A stretch of 64,000 bases of DNA. Source: Guillardia theta CCMP2712 (Eukaryota; Protista; Cryptophyta). A model generated the notes under the pieces. The model was not told the origin of the DNA, searched no databases, and worked only from the letters and a program-made list of their open reading frames with translations. Where the stretch lies: NCBI RefSeq assembly GCF_000315625.1, contig NW_005434647.1, positions 114,103-178,102 on the forward strand. The letters are read 5' to 3'. Within the stretch, counting starts at the first letter, position 1, and each line of letters starts with the position of its first letter. The position numbers and the translations under genes are program-made. Shown piece after piece: positions 36,769 through 50,147 of this stretch.

Positions 36769-38246
36769 TCAAGCAATCGCTCCATCCTTCTCCAGCGCCT
36801 TGAGCATCAGCACTCGCTCCACAGACTCCTGCAGATATCTGTCTGGGGTGGAGGCCCCACTGGTCACACCGACGGTGACCTTGCCCTTGGGCAAGAAGTC
36901 CTTGGTCACAGTGATTGTGCCGTCGGTCTCCCTGTGCTCGATGCTTCCGTCCTCGCGGATGCGGTGGGCCATGTCGATGTGGTAGCCGACCTTGCCGTTC
37001 ATGTGAACAATCTCGAGGAGATGTCCAGTGTTGGAGCTGTCCCACCCACCCACGATGAGGTAGAAGTCAACGCTATCGTCCCTGATCAGATCGTTGATCG
37101 CGTCCTGCCTCTCTTGAGTGGCATCGCAGATAGTGTCTAGCGCCATGAAATGCACATTGACGTTCTCGGGACCAAACTTCTTCAACATGGTGCGTTCGAA
37201 GAGCTTGGCGATGGCAGCCGTCTCCTCCTTGTACATGGTTGTCTGGTTGGCAATCCCGACCTTCTTCAGATCGCGATCAGGATCAAACCCAGAGGAGCAA
37301 GCGTTCTTGAACTTTGCCATGAACTCCTCCTTATTGCCTCCGTTGAGAATGTAGTTGGTCACGTACTTGGCCTCCTCCATATCCTTGATGATTATGTAGG
37401 TATCCGCCATGGATGCCGTTGCGATGCTCTCCTCGTGGGCCCACTTCCCGTGGATCACAGACGTCATGTCCTTCCTCCTGTGAGTGTCCACTGCATTCCA
37501 CACCTTGCTCACCCATGGACACGTGGTGTCCACGATCCTACATCCCTTGGAGTCGAGAAGCTAGCAACGGCAAGTAAGAAACAGGTCCAGGGTCAGCAGA
37601 GGCGTTCATACCTGCATCTCTTCCAGCGAGGCCCCGAAGGCAGGAAGGACAACAACGTCGCCCTCCTTGACATCCGAGAAGTCCTTCACACCGCCGTTGA
37701 CAGGCACGAAGTTATATCCCATGTCCTTCAGTCGGCCGTTGACTCCTGGGTTGTGGATGATCTCGTTGGTGATGTGGATCTTGTCGTCCTTGTAGAAGGA
37801 CCTCGCCTCGTACGCCATGGCGACTGCTCGTTCCACTCCCCAGCAAAAGCCGTAGGACTCTGCGAGCTTGATCACTACATTGTTCCTCTCAATCACGTTA
37901 TTGTTCTCCTTGAGCTCCTTCACCATGTCCGAGGTGAACTCCTCCACCATCATGCCCTGGACCTCCTCCTTGGTCTCACCGAACCCTCTTCGATTGAAGT
38001 TCTCTGACGCTACAATCCTCCTACGTTCCGCACGCTTGTCCAACTTTGCGCCCTCGGACATGCGCAGGAAGCAGGCAGAGCGGGACCTCAGAGGCGGGAC
38101 AGGAGAGCGACCCTTGAGAGAGCCCATGCCAGAACCGACAGAGGATGATGGCCCTCGAGCTTGCAGGGGGTGAGGGGAAGGGATGGGGAGGAGCTGGAAG
38201 GCGCCAGCGGTGGCAGCGAGGCATGAAAGAGCAGCGCTCGCACCAT
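36769..38246 (-). CDS. ispH: 4-hydroxy-3-methylbut-2-enyl diphosphate reductase (HDR/LytB), plastid MEP pathway
   Basis: GFCWGVERAV, EIIHNP, LPAFGAS, DTTCPWVSKV, HGKWAHEE, ANQTTM, TICDATQERQ, VGGWDSSNT, TSGASTPD. Intron 37561-37611. The putative ATG is out of frame (see findings). Confidence 0.95.
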
Positions 38247-39426
38247 GTCGGCCTCCCTGGGTCTTTGGTGGTAGGTGGGGTGGTACACTGTTTGTGGAGG
38301 GATAAGGGTTGTGATGAACGGGTGGTACAAGAATACACATCAATCGACTAAACATAGGTAATGTAACTATAAGTTATTTTTTCCAGGTAGAAATTTGAGA
38401 TTTTGCGGGGGTATCCTTCAAAATTTACAGGAAGATGCCACCCCTTCACAAAAAGAGCGTGTTTCTGTGACGGGGAACATGGTAGGGTACCAAGGCTATG
38501 GGTGGGGATGGGTAGGGGTGCTAGGGGTGGAGATAATGGGGTAGTATTGAGAGGTAAGGGATCAAGGGGTAGGGTAGCTTTCAGCAGGGGGGTTGTTGAA
38601 ACTCGGGGTCATGGGTAGGGGTGGGTAGGGGTAGAGAGTTCTTTTCTGGGGATGAGGGCCAAACGAGGAGGGCTTGAGAGGAGATGAGGGATGGCCCGCT
38701 GCCTTCCAGTCTTTTGGTCGGGTTTGAAGGAGAATGTAGGGGTGGTGTGACTATCGAGCGGGTGGGTGCTTAACAGGTAGGGGTTCACAGGGTAGTAGAT
38801 TGTACCAGATTTTTGTTGTTACAAAGGGTGGGTGGAACTTTTCAACGTTATGGGTAGGGTGGAGAAACACAGCCGTTTTTAGATTCAGCAGTGGTTGAGA
38901 GGGGGGTAGGGGTGAGGCAGGACCATGGATCTACCCCTCTTCAAGGCTGCAACTCCGGGGTAGGGGTTGAATGGTTGACGGGTGGGGAGCTCGAGGAGAA
39001 AAATGTTTCCAGCGGCTAGAAGCGGCTGGCAGAGAGCAAAAATGGCGGGGGAGAGGGAGGAGGAGCAGGGAGACTGCAGGAGTGAGAGTGAGAGACAAGT
39101 GCCTTCAAGACACAGCGGTGTACGAATTAACTATGATGCGATGAAAGATGGGTTGGTGGAAAGATAATCATTGTGAATGGTGAATCGATGGCAGGCGGAA
39201 GACGGTGGTTGGGTGCACGAACGTCCGGGAGGGTGGTTGGAGTGAGGGAGATAGGAAGGAAAACGTTGAGGGATTGGTACAGCAGTTGAGGGTTTGGATA
39301 TTGATGATAAGAGAAGAGCACGGGTAAAGAGACGTGCACGAGTTGATGTATTGATTCGGCAAGGCATAACAATATTTTGGAGGCTGAACTTGTTTTCCTT
39401 TCAGGTACGCAAGAAAGCTTTTCACC

Positions 39427-39885
39427 ATGGTGAGGGTATATGGAACTTCTCAAGAAATGGAGATTGAAGGAAACTACAAGGGGGCTCGCTATACTGGCCT
39501 CGTCAAGGCTGTTTTGGTCAGCACAATGGCCCTAGCTGCAGTTGTTGCAACCATCTTCATGTTCGGAGCAGAGACGCCTGTCTCGACCAATAGCGTCAAA
39601 GTAGTGCCAATGAACGGCTGGCATCTTTCTGGGCGAGTCGCAAGGAGGGAGATGCAGAATTATTTCAACAAGAGGGATTTCAAGGACGAGGCGAAAAATT
39701 TGGAATCCTTCGTTTCTGAACATCCGTTTTTCTCGAATGTCCGCCGTGTACCCATGCCGAGCCACGCTCGACATTTTCGTGTTTTCGGAGCTCCTCATTC
39801 GCAGTATCGAAATGGTCTTGGATCCAAGAGAGTCCATCACAGAACCACTCCTCAGGATCATGCGGAAGAGACTCGTAAGGTCTAA
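39427..39885 (+). CDS. Hypothetical small protein with one N-terminal TM segment
   Basis: 152-aa ORF with ACCATGG context and hydrophobic LVKAVLVSTMALAAVVATIFMFG. No family recognised. Confidence 0.5.
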   Translation: MVRVYGTSQEMEIEGNYKGARYTGLVKAVLVSTMALAAVVATIFMFGAETPVSTNSVKVVPMNGWHLSGRVARREMQNYFNKRDFKDEAKNLESFVSEHPFFSNVRRVPMPSHARHFRVFGAPHSQYRNGLGSKRVHHRTTPQDHAEETRKV

Positions 39886-40099
39886 CATCTTGCTCTCCGT
39901 TGTATCTTGTCCTCTACCGATGTGCGCTGTCGCGTTCATGCCGGCATACGAGTACAAGTGATGTATCAGTAAGAGAAAGAAGCATTCGATTGTGGAATCT
40001 GATGCTTGTTGTACAATAAAGGTCGAATGCTTTGTTTGCTTAGTTTACATTCAGCAGCCAATTATCGGGTATTGACAGCAATCAATTCATCCTCGTCCT

Positions 40100-41420
40100 A
40101 ATTTCAAAGCACGGCAGAACATCCATGTCTGCGTGAGCAATGTGGTTGGCCTTGTCTAGACACAAGTTCGGCCTTATTGTTTGTATTCGCCAGGTCTCGG
40201 AATGTTAGTACCTGTTTCAACAATCAGTGGGTAGTCCTATTCAGGCCTTGCTTCTTACGGAACACGGACACTGGCACATCTTCGTCATCGCCCTTCATAT
40301 CTACGAACTTTCGAACTTCCGTTGTACTACATGTAGGAAGGTTAGCTTCATATAAGTTGGATTTGCCAACACGCGATGCAAAAGCGTGCAGAACAAGTCA
40401 CGAATCAACGAAGCTGTGGTGATCACCTGGACAATATTTTGTTGTCAAGCACCGCTTGCAGGTATGTGGTCAACATTCTCTGCCTCTCTTCGATAACCTG
40501 CGACACCAGTGATTGCGTTGAAACCCACGTGTTGTCTGTCCCACTTTGCTGCTCTGTGAACCCACTATCACCTTCTTGGGCAACGGTGGAAAGGGTCGAG
40601 TTGGCTTTCCAAACATCTTCCCTTTGAGTCAGAAGCTCCATATCTCAGTAACAGCAATCATCATGTACTTGTAACAATTTTTGATGAAGATCCACAAAGT
40701 CGCTGTATCTTCGTGTTACCTTCAAATCAAATCAATTACAAAAAGGTTTACAAGGCATGATATCCCCACCTTCCATGTCTGCCCCGTGGAAGTAAGAATC
40801 TCAAAAACATATGCTGTATGCCCGGTTCCTGGATTTAGACTCAGACCTTGAAAACTATATGGTTTCCGAATACATACCAGGGAGAGAAACACCAAAGCAC
40901 ATTCTTCCTGGATTCTTCTGAGCGGTTCGCGGCTGTTTCCCGAGCAAGTCAAGGAACAGAGTTGTATTGAACGTTCGAAACCTGAGCTGTTATCCCTACA
41001 TCCTCAGGTACCGGCGAATGAGAATGATGCTCTCTAAACTCATCCATGGATCTGAGAAGTTAGAGTCACTTGCCGATCGCAGAGGAAGCTTTAGGTTGTG
41101 CTCGCACCTGCCCTGGACATGATGGAAACCATTACCATGCATCATGGTTCCACTTGACTGGACCGAAAGCCTCAGGTTATGATCATGATCAAACACCTTG
41201 GAGACTCTATAATCAGATGCTTGTGAGAGGGTTTCACTGCCTTACCGTGGAATGTGACTCAGATACAAGCTCTCGTTCCGAGATTTGCCTTCTGCCCACT
41301 GCTTGCATCTGGTCTGACCACACCAAACTAAACGGGAAGGTAAGTCAAACACTGAGTGCCTTTGCATTCGTTGACGCTGAACATTTCGATCATAGCCTGG
41401 GATTGCACCGGAATCGCCAT
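40100..41420 (-). CDS. PX (phox homology) domain protein, multi-exon, ends approximate
   Basis: Spliced HTAYVFEILTSTGQTWK|VTRRYSDFVDLHQKL...IEERQRMLTTYLQAVL...EVRKFV, a typical PX pattern. Confidence 0.65.
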
Positions 41421-44400
41421 CACAAAGCTACATAATCATGATGCTACAGAAACCCTATCTCTTTGCTTCTAATCTAACGGCTCGGTTTCAAGAATGGTTC
41501 TACAAAGTTCCCCGTGCGATCTTCGGCTCAAAAGTGAAGACGAAACAATGGAGACAAAGCTATATGGACAGGTGCTGCATTTCAAATTTCTTAGATGTTG
41601 CTGGGTACTAAAAGACCTTCCTGCAATAATTGTAGACAACGTGATTCTCTCCTGTCAAATTAAACTGAGTCCAAAATAACAATGGACGTATGTTGCAGGA
41701 TCGCCACGTGTTATATATTGTATCTCATTTGACTCCCCGATTTGTTTTAGTACGTCTGTACCCACGATCTCTTCCCTAGCATGCCATGGCGGGCATCTTT
41801 GATCTAACCTGTATCATACGCTGACTCAAAAGGTCATTGCGCTTTCTCTCTACCATTGTGACTCCCCCTTCCTTCAAAATTCGCTTTCCTGCCATCGAAG
41901 ATCCAAACTCGACGTCACCAACCACCCCCACCCCCTCGCACAGACCACCCTACTTGAAATCTGCTCATCCTTTATTACATACGCTTGGGCTCTCCTACTA
42001 CCCCATCTAAAACAACCCCACCCCTACCTACCACACAACCACTTCCACCACCTCCCTGTTCCACCCTTGCAACCACCCCTGGTAGCTATTCCCTTTTGCC
42101 GACCCCTTTTTTCCACCCCTCGTTTGATCTGGTTCACCCAGACATTTCCAGGGGTGGGTAGTAAATATTTCCTTGAGTCAGGGAAGGCCCGTACCCCTGT
42201 TTTTGCGGTTGTAAACACCCGTGCATGAAAAATGTTGCCGGAAATAGATTTGGGGTACGGAAACGATCTGATAAGTAAAAAGTGTAAAGGGGTTGAGGAG
42301 AGGGCAGCAACCATCCAATAGGGTAACTATTAGTTACCTGCCAAAGTATAGCTTTTGACTCCGCAAACTCTCCTGCTCCGTAAGAACACAGCTGAGCTCG
42401 GCAAGATGAGATGAACAGCATGTCACCGCAAGATTTTGATCCCCTCAATGATAGGAAGAACGATGAAGATAAAAGAGAAGGATTATCAAGTGTATCTGAC
42501 GCTCAGTGGCTTTGAAAGTGCATCATATAGCATCTCTGAGTGTTGAAGTATCTAACCTAGTTCAGAGCGATCAGGATTTCAGGTTTTATACTGAGCTCGC
42601 AATCTTGCATTGAGCACAATTGTCAGTGTTATCAGATCCTGCAGAGAAATCAGTGCCCTTCACTTCCTTGAAAGGGTGTGGTCTCAGTATCCTGGTAAGA
42701 TGAAAATGGCATGATCTGTTCGGACTGACCAATTAGATCCTAGATCAGTACTGAAGAGATAGTGGCTTGGGAGGTGACGAAGATGTCGCGGCATCGGTCT
42801 CTAAGACGAGGTTTTAACAACAAATTGCTTGAGAAGTTCCAGTATGAGACCCATCGTAAAATTCATAACAGATACGTCCGTCCTCAACCCAGATATGTTC
42901 TGGCCGAACCCCCTTGATTTCATCAAACACAGGATCCACAAATGGCCTCAAATCAAAATCATCAGAGACCAGAGAAAAGAACCTGCTTAAACATCCACTC
43001 AATATCTCGGTGAAAGTACTGCCTGTTGCCATTCATCAACAAACCCATCGCCACAATCTTGGTATCTTCGCCAACCGACCCTTCAGTACATTGCACAGCC
43101 GAGTTACCTGAAACAGCTTTTCAAAGGTTTGGCCAGCGCGTCTCTGTGATTTGAAAGCCGGTGTACTCCTTCTCGGCCCATGATTTGAAAGTTCTCATCA
43201 TGACGAGACTCAAGGCATTCCAAATATCCTTACATCCTGAGCAGGCCCGTTTGCCGCGGTTCAATGGTTTTCACAGTCAAGTCCTTGGAAATGGTTTCAA
43301 GATCACCGTGTGCCACGGTCCTTTTCAAAGGCCACGCACATGTCCACTTGATATTCCTTTGCTGTTTTGGGGGAAGTTGATATGTAGCTGGAACTGAGCC
43401 GCTTCAAACTGCGGTCGCTTTCGGGCAACCGGGTTCCGACCCGGTCACAGACTTTCAACGGTGCAGTCGCGGCGCGGGTAGTCGACGCGTTGTCACCGTC
43501 GGCGTACGGTAGTATTAGTCCTAAGTTTCGGAATTGCCGGGCGGCCCGGCGGCAGTGCGGTGACACGGCGCGGTGCGGCCCGGCAGCCGGCGGCCGATCC
43601 GATGAGTCGGATCGCCGAGTCCGAGTCGGACGGCAACGCCCGCGGCCGCCCGGCCGGCACGGCGGCGGCCGGCCGCGGGGCGTGGCGCCAGCCAGTGGCC
43701 CTGCAGTGGGCCGGGCCTGCCACCGGCGATCCGACGGACCGACCGTGCCGGCGCCGGCCGCCCGGTGATCATCATGGAGGCCCGGCGGACTCGGCAGTCG
43801 GGACTCAAGCTTGCCTGCTGATGAGCCTGAGTCCAGTCTCAGTTCAGTCCGACGGTCACGGCCCACTACGGCCTGGCCCAGTATTACTGTAAGCCTGCCG
43901 CCGGGGCCGGGGGCGGCCGCCGAGTCCCGGCGGCTGGCACGGTCACGGCCGGCTGCCCCAGTGAGCCTGTCCACCGTGGACTCCGGCACGGCAACTTTCT
44001 CCCGTCGCCGAGTCGATAAGCCTCCGGGGCGGGGCGCCCTCGAGGCTCTCACGGGCCGCCGCGCTGAACCGGCCCGGGGGGGCCTCCCCGCCGGGGCCGC
44101 CCGGCGGCGGCCCCGGGGCCCGGGGGCCCAGCCGTACTACCGTACTCCGAGGCAGCTCACCCAGGGTGGGCAGCTCTAGTGTTGACGGGCTACATGGGCC
44201 CTACCCCATACTCATCCCTGTAAAGTACCCCGTTTTTTGGGGGTACTGTTAACTTGGGGGCTGACAAAAAGGATTTGAGGGTGGGTATGACGGGGGCTGT
44301 AAGGGGTACTTGATTGACAAAGATCCTTTTCGTGGTCTCACTTATGTCAAAAGAGATTTTTTCATCTTCTACATATTTTTAAAAACAAATTTCATAATGA

Positions 44401-45199
44401 AGCATTGCGGTTCCACACACTATAACGGTATTTGAAGTATTTTGTTGAATTGGTGGTTTACCCTGAACTGCAGAGATAATTGTTAAATTATTTTCCAAAT
44501 TTTCTTTCAAATTTGAAATTATAGGGAAAATAATATCTCACAAATTATTCATGTGTTTCTCAAAGCCCGTTCGACGGAACATCATTCCATACATTCCATA
44601 TCGTTGTAGGAGAGTATGTTGGTGGTCCTATCCGAGGTCTCAGTACTTTCTGAAAGCAAAGCCCTAGGCAGGTCATAGGCAACGGCGTAGGGTGCTCTGA
44701 AACATGGTCAAGCAGCTTGTGCAGCAAGGACATGTTGGTGGGAGGGACGAGTAGAGAGCGAGAAGCTCGACCTCAGATGTCAAAGTGCAGGAAGTTGGTA
44801 GTTCTCAGCATTGTGTTGGCAGTAGATGCTGATATGCCTTGCCATTGAGAGAAATAGAGCGATATATTAACCGGAACATCACAGTCCATCAATCATTTGT
44901 GGGAATCAAGATGGAATTATACTGGGCGAACATCTGAAAGCCTTGGGTTTGATTGTATGGATGATTTTGATGATCCATATCAACGTTTTATTGCTTGCCC
45001 TGGCGTTTGCTCCGTCAAATGCTGATCTGTTCGGTTTGACCATCCTCAACTCTTGCTTTCTCCTCGTCGTTCTAGCCTGCTTTTGCTCTGCATGCCTCTG
45101 CTGTTCACATTTGAGCTTCTCTGACATGTGCTGATCAGTTGGAGGGAGATTGAGCCATCTGTGCGTGAGATGCTGTGAGCTGCTCTTGTAGAAGACTAG

Positions 45200-48100
45200 A
45201 TGATCGGGGAGGTGACGGCCGAAGGATGTCTCGATGGAAGTGGCGGCTTTCATTGTGACCAGGACAAGAGCTCATCAGAAAGGGAGCGCCCGCTCTCTCC
45301 GTCAGTTCTGGCTCCTGGCCCTGGCCCTGAGCCTCACACCCCTCCGAAACCTGTAGACCCTTGCCAGGCTGTATCCAGCAGCAGGGGCACCCTGTGGGAC
45401 CAGGTGAGTTTCTTCCAGAAGGTCCCTTCCATGGAGGATCTGCTTGATCACATCGAGGACATCCCGACGAGTCCTGCGCACTCGCACCATGGCGGCCGCG
45501 CAGTAGCGGACCTGTGCGAGGACTACGTGGTCTGGGACGGGCCACCGGGCCCGGTGCCCTTCGTCACCTACAACAGCCGAGAGGGACTGCAAGTCTCGCC
45601 GGAGGTAGCGGACAGGCTGACGAGCCAGGAGGCTCCACTGCACGTGTTGACGTTCTTCGGGGAGCCCAAGACAGGCAAGAGCTCCTTCATCAGGCACGCG
45701 ATCTTGAGGGGGAAAGGGCTGAAGGTGGAGGACTCTGGCCTGTCCGAGGTCTTCCACAGCAGGAATGACGTTGTGATCTGGTTGTGGAATGGGATAATAC
45801 GATGCAAAAGGGACGATGGCAGCGAGTATGACACGATTGTCTTGGAGAGCAAGAATGTCGAAGGAGTCGATGAATCCGTCGTCTTCGCCCTCTGTGTTCT
45901 GCTCAGCAGGTGAGTTTTAGAGCCTTGAGAGGTCAATTGCTGCTTGTTGATTGTTTCTGTAGCCATGTTGTGTACAATGGCATGGACATGCTCGAGCCAA
46001 ACAACATTCAGAACCTCAAAGTGATCAAGAACCTCTTGAAGACCATCAAGGCTACCCGGGACCAGGAAGAGGAGGACGGCTTGACTTTCCGCGAGCACTT
46101 CCCTCACCTGTCTTGGCTGCTGCGCGACATAGACGAGCCCTTACTCGATGAGAGGCGTAACCAGATATCCTCCCGCACATACCTAGAGCGATGCCTCCGC
46201 CTGAGAGGGTTCAGCGAGGAGGCGGAGGCAAAGAACCTTATCCGGAAGATGATAGCCTCCTTCTTCCCTTCCCAGGACTGCTACACGCTCCCCAGCCCAG
46301 CAGAGATCTCGGGCCTGTCACCCCACGAACGCTATCTGAAGAAGGTCCTTTCGATCCGCAGGAATCTGATCAAAGTGTCGCCTCCTAAACAGGTTTTGTT
46401 CGTCGTGGAGGTCCCCTTGCTGTCCTAACCCTTGGCTTAGATCATGAAAACCCATTTAGACGGCCTGATGTTCTACCAGCTTGCTCAGGTGTGCCTCAAA
46501 TCCTCCCCTCCTTTTGCCTGTTTCCTGTTTTTGTCTCCTAACTCCTTTCCTTTCCCTCCCTTCCCTGCCTTATTCGTCTTTCTCCCTCTCTCGCGGACCC
46601 TTTCCCCCCCCCCCCCCCCCTCTTCTTCTCTGATCTTTCTCTGGTGCGCAGGCAATCATGGACGACGTCAATGCTGGCCAGCCTCAGAACATCCCGCGTG
46701 CCTGGGACTCAGTCTGCTCAACCTACTGCAAAGTCGCCTTACAGAAAGCCCTGGGGCAGTATGCTCTGAGTATGACGAGGATGTACTCACAGCTGCCCAC
46801 ATCGGACACGGACCTGCACCACTGGCACACGGAGCAGAGGAGCAGAGTCCACCACCTGTTCTCGGAGATGGTTGTTGGGGACCAGCAGCAAGTGGAGGAG
46901 TATCGAGAGCGCCTCGACAAGGTGAGAAGCTGTAACGCTGGTCGTGGAAGCTCAAGAAGTATGGCAGGAGCTGGCGAAGCTGCATGAGAGGATGGTGATG
47001 GACAACGAGAGGGCATCGAGGATCGTCGCCAGGGAGCTGCTGGAGAGTCTCTATGCGGACTGCGACAAGAAGGTGATGTGAGGGAGTGATCGGTAATAAT
47101 GTGACGCTGGTTGATGGACCAGGTGCGATCGGGAGAGGTGAAGTCTCTAGAGGCCTACGAGACTGAGCGAGAGAAAGTCCGCAAGGAGTTCGAGCGACTG
47201 ACTACCGGTGCGTGAAGACTATCTATTCTGGGTTTGGTCGTTTGATTGCGCGTCCAGGGCTCTCCCAGTACACCTGCCGTCTAGTCATGCTTGAGTTTCT
47301 GGAACAGCGACTGTTGAGGTTCACGCAGATGTTGATCAGGAACGTGAGTCTGAGCAAGGCGGACGAGAGCAAAGGTAACGCTCCTCCTGGTCTTTGCGGC
47401 GACTTCTGACCCCGCATGCAGCAGATCTGAACGCTCTCAGTGCACTGCACGGTGACTCGGGAAGTTCCTCTTTCCTCAGTGAGGACGGTCAGTGGGTGAA
47501 GAAGGAGGTGCTGGACATGGTGAAGGCGCGGGCGAAGCACGACTTGATGAAGCTGGAGAACGAGCTCCTCTCTGTCATCTTTACCATGGAGGATGCGGCG
47601 CATCGCTCCCAGAGCGGCGGGACAGATTACAACCTGGACATCCTTGCTGACCTCGAGACCTCGTCGCTGCTTGCTGACGAGGCCTCTGGGGAAGGAGACT
47701 CGCTGCTGGCGGAAATGGGGATCCATCTTCCTGTGGAGGTCAAAAGGCATCAGGAGCGAGTGACCTTGCAAGCTATGCAACCCCAACCAGAGCAGTCCTC
47801 TGTTGCCAGTGAGAAGCATGCCGTCAATGGGAGGGGCGAGGAAGAGGCATGCGGCGACGGGACGTCGAACCGTTCCATACACAGCAGCTCAGGGGCGATG
47901 AGATGGAGAGCGCGGAAGGGAATGCGAAACAAGTGAGGAGTGAAAGGCAGGAGGAGAAGAGTGATTCCTCCATGGAGGAGAGGGAAGGGGATGAGGAGCG
48001 CCCTCGAATCGTTCTGTCCAAACCAGACAGAACGTCCCCGTCTTCGGACACCTCGGAGTCAAAGATGCTTTCCTTTGGCGACTACGTGGCGTCAGAGGAA

Positions 48101-48756
48101 GCCTGCCGCAACATCGAGGCTGAGATCATCCGCAGATGCCAGTTCGATGCTCTCCCCGAGGTATTTGTTCTTGTTCCCCTCCCTTCTCATCTCCCTCCTC
48201 ACCATCACTGTCATCGCTGTCGTCTTTTGGCCTGCGTCTTTCCTGACCCTCTCGCGTACAGGGGAGGACTCAACGTCTGGGTGTGCCGCCGGTTTCGGAT
48301 GCCGCGAGTCAGCGCGAGCAGGTGGTAGCGAAGAGGAGCCTCTGCAATGAGTCCAGCCCCTCCCTCAAGGCCCATCACCCCCCGGAAACGCCGAGCATAC
48401 AGCAGGTGGCTGAAGAAGGAAGGGTCAGTGAATCCCGTGCGCCGAGCGTCGCTCATGCGGCGGCAAGGGAGGACGACAAGGGCGGATCAGGAAAGGAAGG
48501 AGGGAGTGGCTCACACCTGCGGTATGGATGGAGTCCGGAAGAGAGGGGGAAGAAGAGCCCACGGAGCCCTTCAAGGGCCCCGCTCTACCTGGACGGGGAG
48601 GAGCTGATCGTGCCTGATCCTGCGCTGAGCCTCCTCTTCTGCCAGTGTTTGCGAACTGTTTCTGTCCGCCCGCCGGACCTGGACGACGGGAGTGAGGACG
48701 TGAGCTGGGACCAGTTCGTGCAGGTGTGTATAGATTGCGGGGCTGTAAAGAAGTGA
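45200..48756 (+). CDS. Guanylate-binding-protein (GBP)/atlastin-like large GTPase, divergent. Further 5' exons possible from ~44700
   Basis: P-loop GEPKTGKS, IWLW, FALCVLLSSHVVYN, FPHLSWLLRD, YLERCL, KNLIRKMIASFFPSQDCYTLPSP, helical stalk LDGLMF...VNAGQPQNIPRAW. Confidence 0.85.
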
Positions 48757-48905
48757 AGGTTGTAAATGTGAAGGAGGAGGCGGAGGAGTGGGAGCAGGAG
48801 CGGGGAGTAGTACAGAAGTAGTGATGCAGTATTATCTACATTAGAATACATAATAACGTCTAACTTGCAATGCTGGCGTGGCCAGTCTGCTCTCTGCCTT
48901 GCATC

Positions 48906-50102
48906 TTACATGTCAATCAAGCTCTTGGTGTTGGGCTCCTCCAGATTGTCCTTCTCCTCCTCCTCTGCAGCCTGCAGCCTGCGGGTTGACATGAGCGCTG
49001 GACATGAGGGTGAGGGAAGGAGTTGAGGCACCTGCGGACAACGCTAGCGAAAGTCGGTCGAAGGTGAGGGTCGAAGAGGAGGCAGTCTGTGCAGATCTGC
49101 GATAGCAGGGAAGGAGCCGGGGGGATGCAAAGGAGATTCCCTTCCCGGGCAACCTTGACCGCTACCTGTTGCCACGAATGAGAAGCGAGGGGGCGAGGGA
49201 GAGGGGGGGTAGAGAGGACGTAGGGGCAATGGACGGATGAGGTGAGAGTAGCGAATCGGAGGAGAGGAGAGGAGAGGAGGTGGGAGGGGGGGAAGAAACG
49301 ATCATCGACCTGGGACCCAAGGAGCTCTCCTCCCTCCTCCCTTACGCTGGAACTTGACGACTGATCCCTATTCCTCCTCCATCAGACCCTGGAGCCGCAG
49401 CCCCTCCCTCAGCTCACCTGGTCGTGGCCCAGGTGCCTGCCGAGTAAGGGACCTTGCGGGTCAAGAGCTCCCATAGGACCACACCGTAGGACCAGATGTC
49501 AGCCGCCGTGTCGTAGTTCTGACCGTTGAGAACCTGGAGGGGATAAGAAGTGAGATGAATGGAGGGAGGAGGAGGTCGTTGAGGAGGTACAGAGGGATAT
49601 GGTTGTTCTGTGGTAGTGGTGGTACAGGGAGGAGCAGAGCAACTGTAGCAACAACGGGAGAAGAAGAGGGGATGTAGAAGAAGGGGCGGAGCTGAAGGCA
49701 AGGTAAGCAGAAAAGCAAGATCGGCGGATGGGGAGGAACGAGGAAGGAGAGGAGCAGCAGCTGTTGACCTCCGGCGCCGTCCACTTGGGGGAGCCGCAGA
49801 AGGTCATAGTGTACTCGACCTACGAGTGAGATCAGGGGAAAGGAGGAAGAGCAAGAGAAGGAGCGGGGATGGGAAAGAAAGGGAGGGGAAAGAAGAGACA
49901 GTTCAAATACCCGGAAGCGAGAGAGTCCGAAGTCTGCTATCTTGATGCTGAACTACATGCTCGGGTGTCAGGAGATTCCTCCTCGCCCTCCTCTTCCTCT
50001 TAGTAGCTTCTTCCTCCCACCCTTGCTATCTCCCTCTCAACCTCCCTCCCTCCCTCCCTTTCGTTTGAATGCTCGAGCTCCACATCTTTGCCATCCCTGT
50101 CT

Positions 50103-50147
<45 letters not shown>

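Noticed and set aside
43303-44179. Several overlapping Arg/Pro/Gly-rich ORFs
   Set aside because: Stop-poor GC-rich island open in many frames, with no protein motif
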